From positions 318,626 to 382,625 of the forward strand of contig CAVYYV010000005.1 of assembly GCA_963772815.1 (NCBI GenBank): a stretch of DNA of 64,000 nucleotides. Direction: 5' to 3'. The position numbers were made by a program, and so were the translations under genes. Positions 50,941-62,183 of the stretch are shown one piece after another (positions within the stretch are counted from its first letter, which is position 1; the number at the start of each line of letters is the position of its first letter). This stretch comes from an uncultured Acidimicrobiia bacterium. GTDB taxonomy: Bacteria > Actinomycetota > Acidimicrobiia > Spongiisociales > ZC4RG35. A model generated the notes under the pieces. The model saw only the letters and a list, made by a program, of their open reading frames with translations. It had not been told where the DNA came from and made no database searches.

Positions 50941-51421
50941 GAGAAAACCCCTCACTCCCGAGGAGCGGGCGGCCCGACTGGAGGCGCTCCGTCAACGGCG
51001 TCAACCCCGGTCCCAGACCGAGTCCAAATCCACCTTGGTCGATGCCGCACCCTCTCCGGAGCGCAAGACCAGAAAGCGCAAAGCCCATCCCGCCCGCAAC
51101 TCCCGAGCCGCTGCCACGGGCCTGGCGGGAGGCCTGACTGTCGGATTGATCGCAGGCTTGGCCGCTACCGGCGCCGCCTCCTCTCCCGTTGCCCAGGTGG
51201 TTGAGGCGCCGGTAGCGGCCACGACGAACCAGCCTGCCGCAACACCACCTCCGACGACGCAGGCTCCCCAGACCACAGCCGCCCAGCCCTCGACGACGGC
51301 CCCCTCCACCACCCAGGGCCCGGTGGCTCTCACGGCCCGTCGTCAGGTCCAGACTCGAGTGGTCCAGGTGCAGCCCGCCACTCGTCCAGCGGCAGTGAGC
51401 CGGACAAATGGCAGTCGTTGA
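50927..51421 (+). CDS. hypothetical membrane-anchored Pro/Thr-rich protein
   Basis: In-frame part of ORF 50489..51421 starting MTTTERKPLTPEERAARLEAL.... One TM (GLAGGLTVGLIAGLAATGAA) followed by a Pro/Thr/Ala-rich region. Confidence 0.45.
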   Translation: MTTTERKPLTPEERAARLEALRQRRQPRSQTESKSTLVDAAPSPERKTRKRKAHPARNSRAAATGLAGGLTVGLIAGLAATGAASSPVAQVVEAPVAATTNQPAATPPPTTQAPQTTAAQPSTTAPSTTQGPVALTARRQVQTRVVQVQPATRPAAVSRTNGSR

Positions 51422-52310
51422 GGCACGCCACCGGGCCATGGCATCGGCGGTGCACGTAGCGGTGGTGGGCGGTTCGGCCGACCTGGCCGATCACGCCCTG
51501 ACCCGGCTCGACTATCTCGAGCAGAAATGGAGCAGGTTCCTCACGGGCAGCGACATCGACCGGCTCAACCATGCCGACGGCGCCTGGACGGAGGTCGACC
51601 CATCGACGGTCACTCTCCTCACCGCCATGCGCCGAAGCTGGTCCATGACTCAGGGTCTGGTTGACCCAACCATCCTGCCCTCCCTCGTGGCGGCCGGATA
51701 CGCGGCGAGCATCGACGATCCGACCCGGATTACCCACCTGCCCGAAGGGCGGTCTTCCGGTGCCGGCCTGGCCGATCTGGAGATCGACGAGGAGGGCCGG
51801 GCCCGCATCGGTGGCAGCGTCGGCCTGGATCCGGGTTGCATCGGAAAAGGCCTGGCTGCGGACATCGTCTCTGAGGAGCTGATCCTGGCCGGAGCCGATG
51901 CCGCCCTCGTCAACGTCGGCGGCGACCTGAGCATGTCGGGCATGGCCGACCCCGCTTGGCATGTGGAGGTCGAGCACCCGATCAACCCCGAGCTCACCTC
52001 TCTGACTCTGTCGCTTGTGGCGGGCGGCGTCGCCACCTCCAGCACCCGCACACGCACCTGGGAGCAGGACAGAGTGAGGCGTCACCACACCATCGATCCG
52101 AGGACCGGCCTGCCCGCCACAACCGATGTGGCGTCTGTGACCACCATCTCCGACATGGCTGCCGATGCCGAAGCATGGGCAACGGCGGCGCTGATTGTCG
52201 GCGCCGGTCCCGCCTATGAGATGCTCGTGGCTGCCGGCGTGGACGGGATCATCGGCACCGCATCCGGAGCGGTTCTCCAGACCCCCGGCCTGATCGCGAA
52301 GGCATCATGA
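51408..52310 (+). CDS. apbE: FAD:protein FMN transferase (ApbE family)
   Basis: 300 aa with the ApbE hallmark LDPGCIGKGLAADIV and C-terminal conserved region. Confidence 0.8.
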   Translation: MAVVEARHRAMASAVHVAVVGGSADLADHALTRLDYLEQKWSRFLTGSDIDRLNHADGAWTEVDPSTVTLLTAMRRSWSMTQGLVDPTILPSLVAAGYAASIDDPTRITHLPEGRSSGAGLADLEIDEEGRARIGGSVGLDPGCIGKGLAADIVSEELILAGADAALVNVGGDLSMSGMADPAWHVEVEHPINPELTSLTLSLVAGGVATSSTRTRTWEQDRVRRHHTIDPRTGLPATTDVASVTTISDMAADAEAWATAALIVGAGPAYEMLVAAGVDGIIGTASGAVLQTPGLIAKAS

Positions 52311-52891
52311 ACGGCCAGTTCTGGTGGTTCCTGGCCCGCTCGAGCGGCATAACGGCCCTGGTGATGGTGGCGGCCAGCGTGCTTTGGGGCCTTTTCCTCT
52401 CGTCACGACTTCTGCAGAGCAAACGTCGGCCTGCCTGGCTGCTCGACCTGCACCGCTGGCTGGGCGGGCTCTCTGTTCTGACGGTGGGCGCCCACATCCT
52501 GGCGATCGCCGCCGATTCGTATGTCCCGTTCTCACCCGCCGCCCTATTCGTACCAGGTGTTGCCAGCTGGCATCCGGTGGCCGTGGCTTGGGGAATCGTG
52601 GCCTTCTGGCTGTTGGCCGCAGTCCAGATCACATCGTTGATGATGCGTCGGCTGCCTCGCAAGTGGTGGCGCCGGATCCATTTCACGTCCTATGTTGTGT
52701 TCTGGGCAGCGGCGATCCACGGGGCGATGGCGGGCAGCGACTCGGGCCTGCCTGGTTATCGAATCGTCGCCGTGAGCCTGATCCTCATCGTCTCGTTCGC
52801 CACCGTGTATCGGGCAATCACCACGAAAAGTGCCAACCACTCACGAAAGCCCGCAACGGTGCGCAGCATCACGGAGGGTCGGGCAGCCTGA
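52307..52891 (+). CDS. ferric-reductase-like transmembrane domain protein (MsrQ/YedZ-like heme b membrane protein)
   Basis: 194 aa, 5-6 TM helices with conserved His residues (HRWLGGLSVLTVGAHIL, IHFTSYVVFWAAAIHGA). Translationally coupled to apbE. Confidence 0.65.
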   Translation: MNGQFWWFLARSSGITALVMVAASVLWGLFLSSRLLQSKRRPAWLLDLHRWLGGLSVLTVGAHILAIAADSYVPFSPAALFVPGVASWHPVAVAWGIVAFWLLAAVQITSLMMRRLPRKWWRRIHFTSYVVFWAAAIHGAMAGSDSGLPGYRIVAVSLILIVSFATVYRAITTKSANHSRKPATVRSITEGRAA

Positions 52892-53935
52892 TCAGGGCCG
52901 GCCGGCCAGATAGCGATCCTCGGCGAAGTAGTCGAGCATCGGTCCGAAGTACTCCTGGTCGAGACCATCGAGTGTGGAGAGGCCGGCTTCGACTCGCGCC
53001 CTGTTGGCCAGCCACTCCAAAGACTCGGCCACCGTGGAGGCGTAGTCGCCGACCGGCGCATATCCCAAGCGGGTCGCTGCGGTCGTGTCCAGGACGATCG
53101 GGAAGGCGGTCTCCCAGGGGTGGCGACCCAGGGCGGGGTGGGTGCCGTCATCGAGGAGGATCTCCTCCCGGTCGTGGCGGAGGAGGCGGGCGATGATGCG
53201 CGATATCTCGAGAGCGCTGGGCGCGTCGGGGTCGGCGCAGTTCAGCACCCGCCGGCCTGGCCGGCTCGCGACCACCTCGATGAGAGCAGCCAGGTTGGAG
53301 GCGGCCGTCGTGTGGTCAACGCCCGAGCCACGAGCGGCCAGGAACACAGCCTGGCGCTTGTCGAGCGCCCGTTTTACGAACACCCACTCCCGGGGCCTGG
53401 AACCACCAGATCCGTGCACCTTCGATGCCCGGATCACCGTTACAGGTCCGGCACTGTCCAACAAGACCTGCTCGGCGGCCACTTTGTTGGCTCCGTATCC
53501 GTCCGGAGTCGTGTAATCACCGTCGCCCGGGGCCAGGGTGGGCTGTGTCTCTCTGATCCGATCTGGGAAGTGCGGAGCGGCCGCCGAGTTGACGTGGTTC
53601 CCCGCCTCGTCCACATAGACAGCCTTGCTCGAGATCATCACACAGGAGCCGAACCCGGGCAGCAGGGGCAGCAGGGGCAGCAGTCTACGGGCGTCTTCGG
53701 CCGTGTAGCACACGCAGTCGACCAGCAGATCGCCTCCGTCGGCAGCTATCTCCCCGAGGCGGTCGGGCTGGCGGGCGTCGGCGGCCGCGAAGATCACCCC
53801 AGCCGCGGCCAGGTCGGACGGAAAGTGCGAGGGGTTCCGACCGACTACCCGGACGCTCCATTCCGACTGCACCAGGCGCGTGGCCGTGGCGCGACCGATC
53901 GTCCCGGTGCCACCCAGGATCAGGGCCGTGGGCAT
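52892..53935 (-). CDS. NAD-dependent epimerase/dehydratase family protein (SDR)
   Basis: 347 aa. N-terminal Rossmann motif LILGGTGTIGRA and a YxxxK-type region (YGANKVAAE). Contains a short LLPLLPLLP coding repeat (GCAGCAGGG x2.5 at ~53655-53680). Confidence 0.75.
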   Translation of the reverse strand: MPTALILGGTGTIGRATATRLVQSEWSVRVVGRNPSHFPSDLAAAGVIFAAADARQPDRLGEIAADGGDLLVDCVCYTAEDARRLLPLLPLLPGFGSCVMISSKAVYVDEAGNHVNSAAAPHFPDRIRETQPTLAPGDGDYTTPDGYGANKVAAEQVLLDSAGPVTVIRASKVHGSGGSRPREWVFVKRALDKRQAVFLAARGSGVDHTTAASNLAALIEVVASRPGRRVLNCADPDAPSALEISRIIARLLRHDREEILLDDGTHPALGRHPWETAFPIVLDTTAATRLGYAPVGDYASTVAESLEWLANRARVEAGLSTLDGLDQEYFGPMLDYFAEDRYLAGRP

Positions 53936-53992
53936 GGAGGGAGGCTACCTGGAGGCGTTGCGAACCCGGGCCTTTGGGGGTGGAGTCGCATT

Positions 53993-54044
53993 CTCCCCTG
54001 CAAAACGGACCCTCCAGGGTCCCGTTTTGCTGATAAAAACGCGA
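53993..54044. repeat. Palindromic terminator-like repeat element, copy B (inverted orientation)
   Basis: TTCTCCCCTGCAAAACGGACCCTCCAGGGTCCCGTTTTGCTGATAAAAACGCG, the reverse complement of the copy-A consensus. Lies between the epimerase and clpB genes. Confidence 0.75.
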
Positions 54045-54058
54045 GAGGGGGGGCCGGG

Positions 54059-56626
<2,568 letters not shown>

Positions 56627-56646
56627 TTGATCACTCCATTAGGAAA

Positions 56647-56667
56647 TCTGAGTCCAATCATATCAAG
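56647..56667. promoter_or_regulatory. Candidate HspR operator (HAIR-like) TCTGAGT-CCAATCA-TATCAAG upstream of clpB
   Basis: On the clpB strand it reads CTTGATA-TGATTGG-ACTCAGA versus the HAIR consensus CTTGAGT-N7-ACTCAAG (11/14 matches, correct 7-bp spacer). ~25 bp upstream of the clpB start. Confidence 0.45.
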
Positions 56668-56734
56668 GTCGTAGAGCGGGCGTGTATTCCGAGATTTCCC
56701 CGGATTCGCCCAGCGGGCTTCGGGCGTGGCCGGC

Positions 56735-57115
56735 TCAGAGGATCAGGGTGAGCCGGCGGTTGAGAGCATCGAGGACGGCCCGGGCCGTGGCCAGAACGGT
56801 GTCCCCTCGGCGGATGAGTGCCGAGCCGACGTACACGTCGGGACGCCCCGGCTCGGCCACCTGCACTAGGGCGATCGTTACACCGTCTATGGTGGAGGTG
56901 CCGACCGCGCTCAGTTCGAAACGGGCCGATCCCGTCACCGACTCCAGGGCCCGAAGGGTGGCCTCTCCCACCACCCGGGGACGAAGAGCACGATCGGCGG
57001 CGCCCTCCGCCCGGCCGTGATGCTCCTTGCCCTCCGCCTCGAGCACCACCGAAACGGCCACGTGATCTCCGAGCTCCACGTCGACGGAGCGCAACACCGG
57101 TCTGTCGAAGTCCAT
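56735..57115 (-). CDS. hypothetical protein
   Basis: C-terminal 126 aa of ORF 56735..57250 (from MDFDRPVLRSVDVELGD...) has high GC3 and protein-like composition (…ATLRALESVTGSARFELSAVGTSTIDGVTIALVQV…ARAVLDALNRRL). The upstream extension conflicts with the mscL remnant on the opposite strand. Confidence 0.45.
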   Translation of the reverse strand: MDFDRPVLRSVDVELGDHVAVSVVLEAEGKEHHGRAEGAADRALRPRVVGEATLRALESVTGSARFELSAVGTSTIDGVTIALVQVAEPGRPDVYVGSALIRRGDTVLATARAVLDALNRRLTLIL

Positions 57116-57187
57116 CGCCCTGACGATAGCCAGCAGATACCGGTGGTAGCCTCGCCAGCACTCGATCGACCCGAAAGGGAAAGAGCG

Positions 57188-57417
57188 ATGATCAAGGAAC
57201 TCAAGGAGTTCATCAGGCCACCGGCCTTCCCGCCGGATCAGTGGGAGCATTCATCGGCGCATTGATAGAGTTCATCGTCATCGCCTGGGTCCTGTTTCTG
57301 GTGGTCAGGGCCTACACCCGCACGCGCCCGGCACCCGAAGAAGCTCCTGAGCCCGGCCCCTCCGAAGAGGTGGTTCTCCTGACCGAGATCCGCGACAGCC
57401 TGTGCCAGGGCTGAAGA
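57188..57417 (+). pseudogene. mscL: mscL remnant: MscL N-terminus (MIKELKEFIR) joined out of frame to MscL TM2 plus C-terminal helix, with TM1 and the periplasmic loop missing
   Basis: Frame 2 from ATG ~57188 reads MIKELKEFIRPPAFPPDQWEHSSAH-stop. Frame 1 from ~57241 reads (V)GAFIGALIEFIVIAWVLFLVVRAYTRTRPAPEEAPEPGPSEEVVLLTEIRDSLCQG-stop, matching the MscL TM2 and C-terminus (compare EEVLLTEIRDLL in E. coli/M. tuberculosis MscL). No RGNVVDLAVGVIIG segment in any frame. Confidence 0.6.
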
Positions 57418-57551
57418 TCGGGCACCACGAAGACCTGGGTTCGGCACCGGAATCGGGCCGCGTCTCGACCTCGATCCAGCGGTTGACTACCTGTTGGCGC
57501 CTGCTACCGTTCTATGCATGATAGCTGGCAGCCTAAGGTAGGCGACAGCCG

Positions 57552-57905
57552 ATGGTGGACAGTGCCGTGCGACCAGACCGAGGTACACAGCTCCTCAAAG
57601 GCGTGCTCGACATGTGCTTGCTGTCCATCATCGGAGAGGAGCCGTCATATGGATACGAGATGGTGCGAAAACTCCAGGACCGGGGGCTCAGCCTGGTCAG
57701 CGAGGGGTCGATCTACCCCCTGTTGTCGCGTCTGCAGAAGGGCGGTCTCCTCGACGGGTTCCTGGTGCAGTCGTCAGAGGGCCCGGCCCGCAAGTACTAC
57801 CGGATCACCGATTCGGGCACGGGTGCTCTGGAAAAGTGGACCCAGGAGTGGAATCGGTTTCGCGACGGCGTCGAGGACGTGCTGAGGGGTGGGGACGATG
57901 ACTGA
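57552..57905 (+). CDS. PadR family transcriptional regulator
   Basis: 117 aa with the PadR winged-helix signature (LLKGVLDMCLLSIIGEEPSYGYEMVRKL...GSIYPLLSRLQKGGLL...KYYRITDSG). Confidence 0.88.
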   Translation: MVDSAVRPDRGTQLLKGVLDMCLLSIIGEEPSYGYEMVRKLQDRGLSLVSEGSIYPLLSRLQKGGLLDGFLVQSSEGPARKYYRITDSGTGALEKWTQEWNRFRDGVEDVLRGGDDD

Positions 57906-58686
57906 CATCGACGCCCTGGTCGAGGATTGTGCCCGCTACTGGGCCCAGACCGGTGTGCCCCGCGGGGCGGTGCAGGAAATGACCCTCGAACTGACCAACC
58001 ATTTATGCGACGCCGAGAATGAGGGCAGGCAGGCCACGGCCGTCATCGGGCCGGACGTGGCCGAGTTCGCCGAGGCGTGGGCGTTCGAACGTCGACGGGG
58101 CCGCCCCCGGGCCAGCTGGGAAGATGTCATGAGCGGTCGAACCGAGAGGGACAAGCGGAAGCGACGCGAGCTCGTCGCATACGGAGCCGGAGCCGCGGCC
58201 CTAGTCGCGGCCGTGGCGGTGATCGGGAAAGGAGCCAACGAAATGGACAACGAGATTTGGCGCTGGCTGTGGACTGGGCTGGCGGTGGTGATGGCGATCG
58301 GCGAGATGTTCACAGCCGGGTTCTTCCTCCTGCCGTTTTCCATTGGAGCTGCTTGCGCGGCCGTCCTCGCCTGGATCGGAGTGGGGGTCCTGGCCCAATG
58401 GCTGGTCTTCTTCGGCGTGTCGGGGCTCGCCCTGGCCTATCTGCGCCGCTACATCACCCGCCAGGACGAAGGCGAACAGCCCCGGGTGGGCGCCAACCGC
58501 TGGATCGGCTCCACGGGAGTGGTGCTGGAAGCGATCGACCCGGACACGGCCAGCGGCATGGTGCGGGTCGAGAACGAGGAGTGGAGAGCAGCGTCCGAGC
58601 ACGGGAGCATCATCCCCGCCGGATCGCGAATCCATGTCATCAGAGTGCGCGGAGCCCGACTGGTGGTCGAGCCGTATGAGAACTGA
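57889..58686 (+). CDS. NfeD-like membrane protein with an N-terminal soluble helical extension
   Basis: 265 aa. ~110-aa soluble N-terminus, two to three TM helices, then a C-terminal OB-fold-like segment (WIGSTGVVLEAIDPDTASGMVRVENEEWRAASEH...IHVIRVRGARLVVEP) typical of NfeD partners of SPFH proteins. Overlaps the padR stop. Confidence 0.6.
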   Translation: MGTMTDIDALVEDCARYWAQTGVPRGAVQEMTLELTNHLCDAENEGRQATAVIGPDVAEFAEAWAFERRRGRPRASWEDVMSGRTERDKRKRRELVAYGAGAAALVAAVAVIGKGANEMDNEIWRWLWTGLAVVMAIGEMFTAGFFLLPFSIGAACAAVLAWIGVGVLAQWLVFFGVSGLALAYLRRYITRQDEGEQPRVGANRWIGSTGVVLEAIDPDTASGMVRVENEEWRAASEHGSIIPAGSRIHVIRVRGARLVVEPYEN

Positions 58687-58737
58687 ATTCTTCCCACAAC
58701 TTCATACATTTACGTCGAGAGAGAAAGGTAGGAGGCA

Positions 58738-59709
58738 ATGCCAGCAGTAGTCATCCTGTTCGCGGTCCTGGCGCTGGCGATCATCCTGATCGCAGCCGCA
58801 GGCTTCAGGGTTGTGCGACCCTTCGAGAAGGGCCTGATCGAGTTCCTGGGCCGTTACGAGAAGACGGTCGATTCTGGGCTGCGATGGGTCATGCCCTTCG
58901 TCAAGAGGATCATCAAGGTCGACATGCGTGAGCAGGTGGTCGACGTTCCGCCCCAGGAGGTCATCACCAAGGACAACGTGGTCGTAACCGTGGACGCGGT
59001 CATCTACTACGAGGCCACAGACCCGGTGAAGCTGAAGTACAACGTGGGCCAGTTCATCCTGGCCGTCACGAAGCTGGCCCAGACCAACCTCCGTAACGTG
59101 GTGGGCGACCTCGACCTCGACGCGGCCCTCACTTCGCGGGAGGTCATCAACGCCAAGCTGCGCCAGATCCTCGACGATGCCACCGATAAGTGGGGCGTCC
59201 GTGTGGTTCGGGTCGAGATCCAACGCATCGAGCCGCCCGCCGACGTCACCGACGCCATGCACCGCCAGATGAAGGCGGAGCGGGATCGGCGGGCATTGGT
59301 CACCGAGGCCGAGGGCGCCAAGCGGGCCGCCATCCTGCGTGCCGAGGGCGTCAAGGAGTCCCAGGTGCTGGAGGCGGATGGTCAGGCCGAGGCCATCAAG
59401 CGAGTGGCCGATGCCGAGCGCTACCAGAAGGAAACAGTGGCCGAGGGCGAGGGCCGGGCCATCGAGCGGGTCTACTCCGCCATCCACACCGGGGATCCCA
59501 CCCCCGACCTGATCGCCATCCGTTACCTGGAGGCCCTCCAGGGCGTGGCCAACGGGAAGGCGACCAAGATCTTCCTGCCCCTCGACACCTCAGGAGTTCT
59601 TGGCTCGGTGGCCGCCATCAGCGAGCTCTTCAAGGAAGACGGCCAACCCCCCACCACCACCGACGGCGGCTCCGCGTCCAGCGGCTCGGGTCCCTCCTAC
59701 GGGGGCTGA
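58738..59709 (+). CDS. SPFH/band-7 (stomatin/prohibitin-like) family protein
   Basis: 323 aa. N-terminal TM anchor, SPFH core ([32 protein letters not shown]...[16 protein letters not shown]), coiled-coil Ala/Glu-rich tail. Confidence 0.88.
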   Translation: MPAVVILFAVLALAIILIAAAGFRVVRPFEKGLIEFLGRYEKTVDSGLRWVMPFVKRIIKVDMREQVVDVPPQEVITKDNVVVTVDAVIYYEATDPVKLKYNVGQFILAVTKLAQTNLRNVVGDLDLDAALTSREVINAKLRQILDDATDKWGVRVVRVEIQRIEPPADVTDAMHRQMKAERDRRALVTEAEGAKRAAILRAEGVKESQVLEADGQAEAIKRVADAERYQKETVAEGEGRAIERVYSAIHTGDPTPDLIAIRYLEALQGVANGKATKIFLPLDTSGVLGSVAAISELFKEDGQPPTTTDGGSASSGSGPSYGG

Positions 59710-59711
59710 TC

Positions 59712-59768
59712 CGCGTTTTTATCAGCAAAACGGCCCCTCAGAGGGGCCGTTTTGCAGGGGAGAACGCG
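59712..59768. repeat. Palindromic terminator-like repeat element, copy C
   Basis: CGCGTTTTTATCAGCAAAACGGCCCCTCAGAGGGGCCGTTTTGCAGGGGAGAACGCG. Stem AAAACGGCCCC/GGGGCCGTTTT (compensatory change relative to copy A). Terminal CGCG...CGCG. Directly after the SPFH stop. Confidence 0.75.
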
Positions 59769-59789
59769 TCCAGCTCCCCGCCGACCCGG

Positions 59790-60242
59790 TCAGCGCGAGC
59801 TCCCCTCGGTCAGCATCTCCACCGTCTGGCCAATTCGCCGCGCCCGCGTCTCGTCCCGCTTGGCGTCGGTGATCCACTCCACATACTCCCGCTGGTGGGT
59901 GTAGGAGAGCCCATCGAAGTGCTTCCCCGCCTCAGGGGCGGCAGCCAAGGCCTGGGCCAGGTCCTGGGGAACCTCTACTTCACGTGGGTCGAGATCCAGT
60001 TCAACCACGACATCGACCACCTCGCCGGCCTCGACCGCGGCCGCCTCTCGATTGGCGCGGGATAGGGGCAGGAAAAAGCCCCCGCGATAGGGAGCGATGG
60101 TGCTGCGATAGGTGTGGCCTCCCACGGTTACCTTGACTGGCGGACGCTTTCCCGACCCGAGTTGCTCCACCACTTCTTCGGGCACCCGGATGCCTGTGGC
60201 GGTCTTGCCGCTCAACTCGATCTCCGCCTCGAAACGCTCCAT
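59790..60242 (-). CDS. DUF1905 / YdeI-OmpD-associated family protein
   Basis: 150 aa. N-terminal beta-barrel-like DUF1905 region (IRVPEEVVEQLGSGKRPPVKVTVGGHTYRSTIAPYRGGFFLPL) and C-terminal YdeI-like region (HFDGLSYTHQREYVEWITDAKRDETRARRI). Confidence 0.65.
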   Translation of the reverse strand: MERFEAEIELSGKTATGIRVPEEVVEQLGSGKRPPVKVTVGGHTYRSTIAPYRGGFFLPLSRANREAAAVEAGEVVDVVVELDLDPREVEVPQDLAQALAAAPEAGKHFDGLSYTHQREYVEWITDAKRDETRARRIGQTVEMLTEGSSR

Positions 60243-60260
60243 GCTCGGATCAAGCCTATC

Positions 60261-60317
60261 CGCGTTCTCCCCTACAAGACGGTCCCTGCAGGGTCCCGTT
60301 TTGCTGATAAAGACGCG
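60261..60317. repeat. Palindromic terminator-like repeat element, copy D (inverted, slightly degenerate stem)
   Basis: CGCGTTCTCCCCTACAAGACGGTCCCTGCAGGGTCCCGTTTTGCTGATAAAGACGCG. Located between the ydeI-like gene and the lipoprotein gene. Confidence 0.7.
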
Positions 60318-60320
60318 GAA

Positions 60321-60870
60321 TCAACCCGCTACGCGGGTCATCCCGGCCAGGGTCTGTTGGACCTCTTGGGGGGAGACGGGGGGATAGAAGACCATGGTGT
60401 AGAGGTCGCAGCGGGCGCCGGGGTCGTTGTACCAGGTGACCACCCAGCGGCCGTCCGGGTAGGGGCCGGCCACTGCCCGAGTGCCGGCGACATCCACCTC
60501 TCCCTTCTCGCTTGGGTATTGACTGGGGGGCAGAGTGCCGCGGATCAGGGCAATGGCGGGGTCGCCACCGTGGCCGACCCAGAGCGTCGTGTTGGTCCCG
60601 CCGATTGACGTGAATTCGTCCGGTTCAGCCAGGACGTCCCCGTTGGCGGGGGCCACCTCCGTGGGAAGCGAGCCCAGCTGATAAGGAGCCGGCGGACAGG
60701 GAGGCGGAGGCTCGGTGGTGACGGCGGCAGACGTGGAGGCGGCGACGGTCGAGGGAGGGGTCGACGAAGGCGCCGCCGACGAGGTCGCGGTGGTCGAGGC
60801 TGAGCAAGCTCCAACCAACCCGGTGATGAGGAGCAGGCCGAGAAGGGCGAGAGAAACCCGGGACCGCACG
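60321..60870 (-). CDS. hypothetical lipoprotein
   Basis: ORF 60321..61073. Plausible start around VRSRVSLALLGLLLITGLVGAC (lipobox LVGAC). Ser/Thr/Pro-rich linker, then a globular C-terminus. Confidence 0.5.
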
Positions 60871-60978
60871 AGGCGCGATGGTACCCCCGGCCGCGATTTT
60901 GTCGGCGGAGCCCGGGAAAGGCGCCCACCCCGGGGCAGAAGTCGGGGCCGCCGGTTACCGTGACTGAGAGCCTGAGGA

Positions 60979-62133
60979 GTGATCGAACTGCCCGATAAGA
61001 AAGAGATGGCTCGCAGGAGGGTCGCCGAAGCCGCCGCGGACCTGCGCCGGATAAGCCATTGGATGTATGACAACCCTGAGCTCGCCTACCAGGAGTTCAA
61101 GAGCTCGGCTCGCCTGGTCGAATTCCTCCGCGAAGCGAGCTTCGAGATCGAGTACCCGGCTTACGGCCTGGACACCGCCTTCGCCGCCCGCCTCGGCACC
61201 AGCGGCCCCCACGTGGTGGTGTGTGCCGAGTACGACGCCCTGCCTACGATCGGCCAAGCCTGCGGGCACAACATCATCGCCACCGCCGCCCTCGGCGCCG
61301 GCTACGCCCTCGCCCCGCTGGTGGACGAGTTGGGAATCCGTCTCACGGTCCTGGGGACTCCGGCGGAAGAGAACTTCGGAGGCAAGGTGGACCTCATCGA
61401 GGCGGGCGCCTTCGACGACGTGCAAGCAGCAATGATGATCCATCCGTCTACGGCTGACGTGGTCGACCCCAACGTCATCGCCGTCGCCCATCTCGACGTT
61501 CACTACCGGGGCAAGGCGGCCCACGCCTCTGCCTATCCCCAGCAGGGAATCAACGCACTGGATGCCGCGGTCCAGGCCTATGTCAGCGTGTCCACACTCC
61601 GCCAGCACATCTACCCCACCGACAAGGTCCACGGCATCATCGCCCAGGGCGGCGATGCTCCCAACGTGATTCCCGACTACACACGCTCCTCCTGGTACGT
61701 ACGCGCTCAAGATCGGGACAGGCTCGACGTGCTACTCCCCAAGGTCACCGCCTGCTTCGAGGGTGCAGCCACCGCCACAGGCTGTGCACTCGAGGTCGAG
61801 AGTGTCGGCCATGTCTACGACGAGCTGACCTCCAACCCAACCATGGTGGAGCTGTTCGCCGCCAACTCTGCCCGGCTCAACCGACCGATGCTGCGCGGCG
61901 ACGAGCTGCCTCCCTCCCAGACCGGTTCGACCGACATGGGCAACGTCTCCAAGGTCACGCCGACCATCCATCCCATGTTGGGCATCAACTCCGCTCCGGC
62001 CGTCAACCACCAGAAGGAGTTCGCCGCCCACACCATCACGCCCGACGGGGACCGGGCCATCACAGATGGGGCATTGGCCATGGCCTGGACCGTCATCGAC
62101 CTGGCTGATCAGGATCGCTGGAACGAGCTCTGA
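60979..62133 (+). CDS. M20 family amidohydrolase / peptidase (aminoacylase-like)
   Basis: 384 aa with metal-binding motifs of the M20D family (VVVCAEYDALPTIGQACGHN, GTPAEE, HPSTAD...). Confidence 0.8.
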   Translation: MIELPDKKEMARRRVAEAAADLRRISHWMYDNPELAYQEFKSSARLVEFLREASFEIEYPAYGLDTAFAARLGTSGPHVVVCAEYDALPTIGQACGHNIIATAALGAGYALAPLVDELGIRLTVLGTPAEENFGGKVDLIEAGAFDDVQAAMMIHPSTADVVDPNVIAVAHLDVHYRGKAAHASAYPQQGINALDAAVQAYVSVSTLRQHIYPTDKVHGIIAQGGDAPNVIPDYTRSSWYVRAQDRDRLDVLLPKVTACFEGAATATGCALEVESVGHVYDELTSNPTMVELFAANSARLNRPMLRGDELPPSQTGSTDMGNVSKVTPTIHPMLGINSAPAVNHQKEFAAHTITPDGDRAITDGALAMAWTVIDLADQDRWNEL

Positions 62134-62183
62134 CCCGGAGTCTCGAACAGATGACTGCCTGAAAATCGCGTTCTCGGCCACAA

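Noticed and set aside
53655-53680. Short tandem repeat GCAGCAGGG x2.5 inside the epimerase gene
   Set aside because: Too short and in-frame (encodes LLPLLPLLP). Noted in the feature evidence only.
57017-57265. 82-aa ORF 57017..57265 (+) as a stand-alone gene
   Set aside because: Only its last ~25 codons (MIKELKEFIR...) are meaningful. That is the MscL N-terminus, now part of the mscL remnant. The upstream part overlaps a better-supported minus-strand gene.
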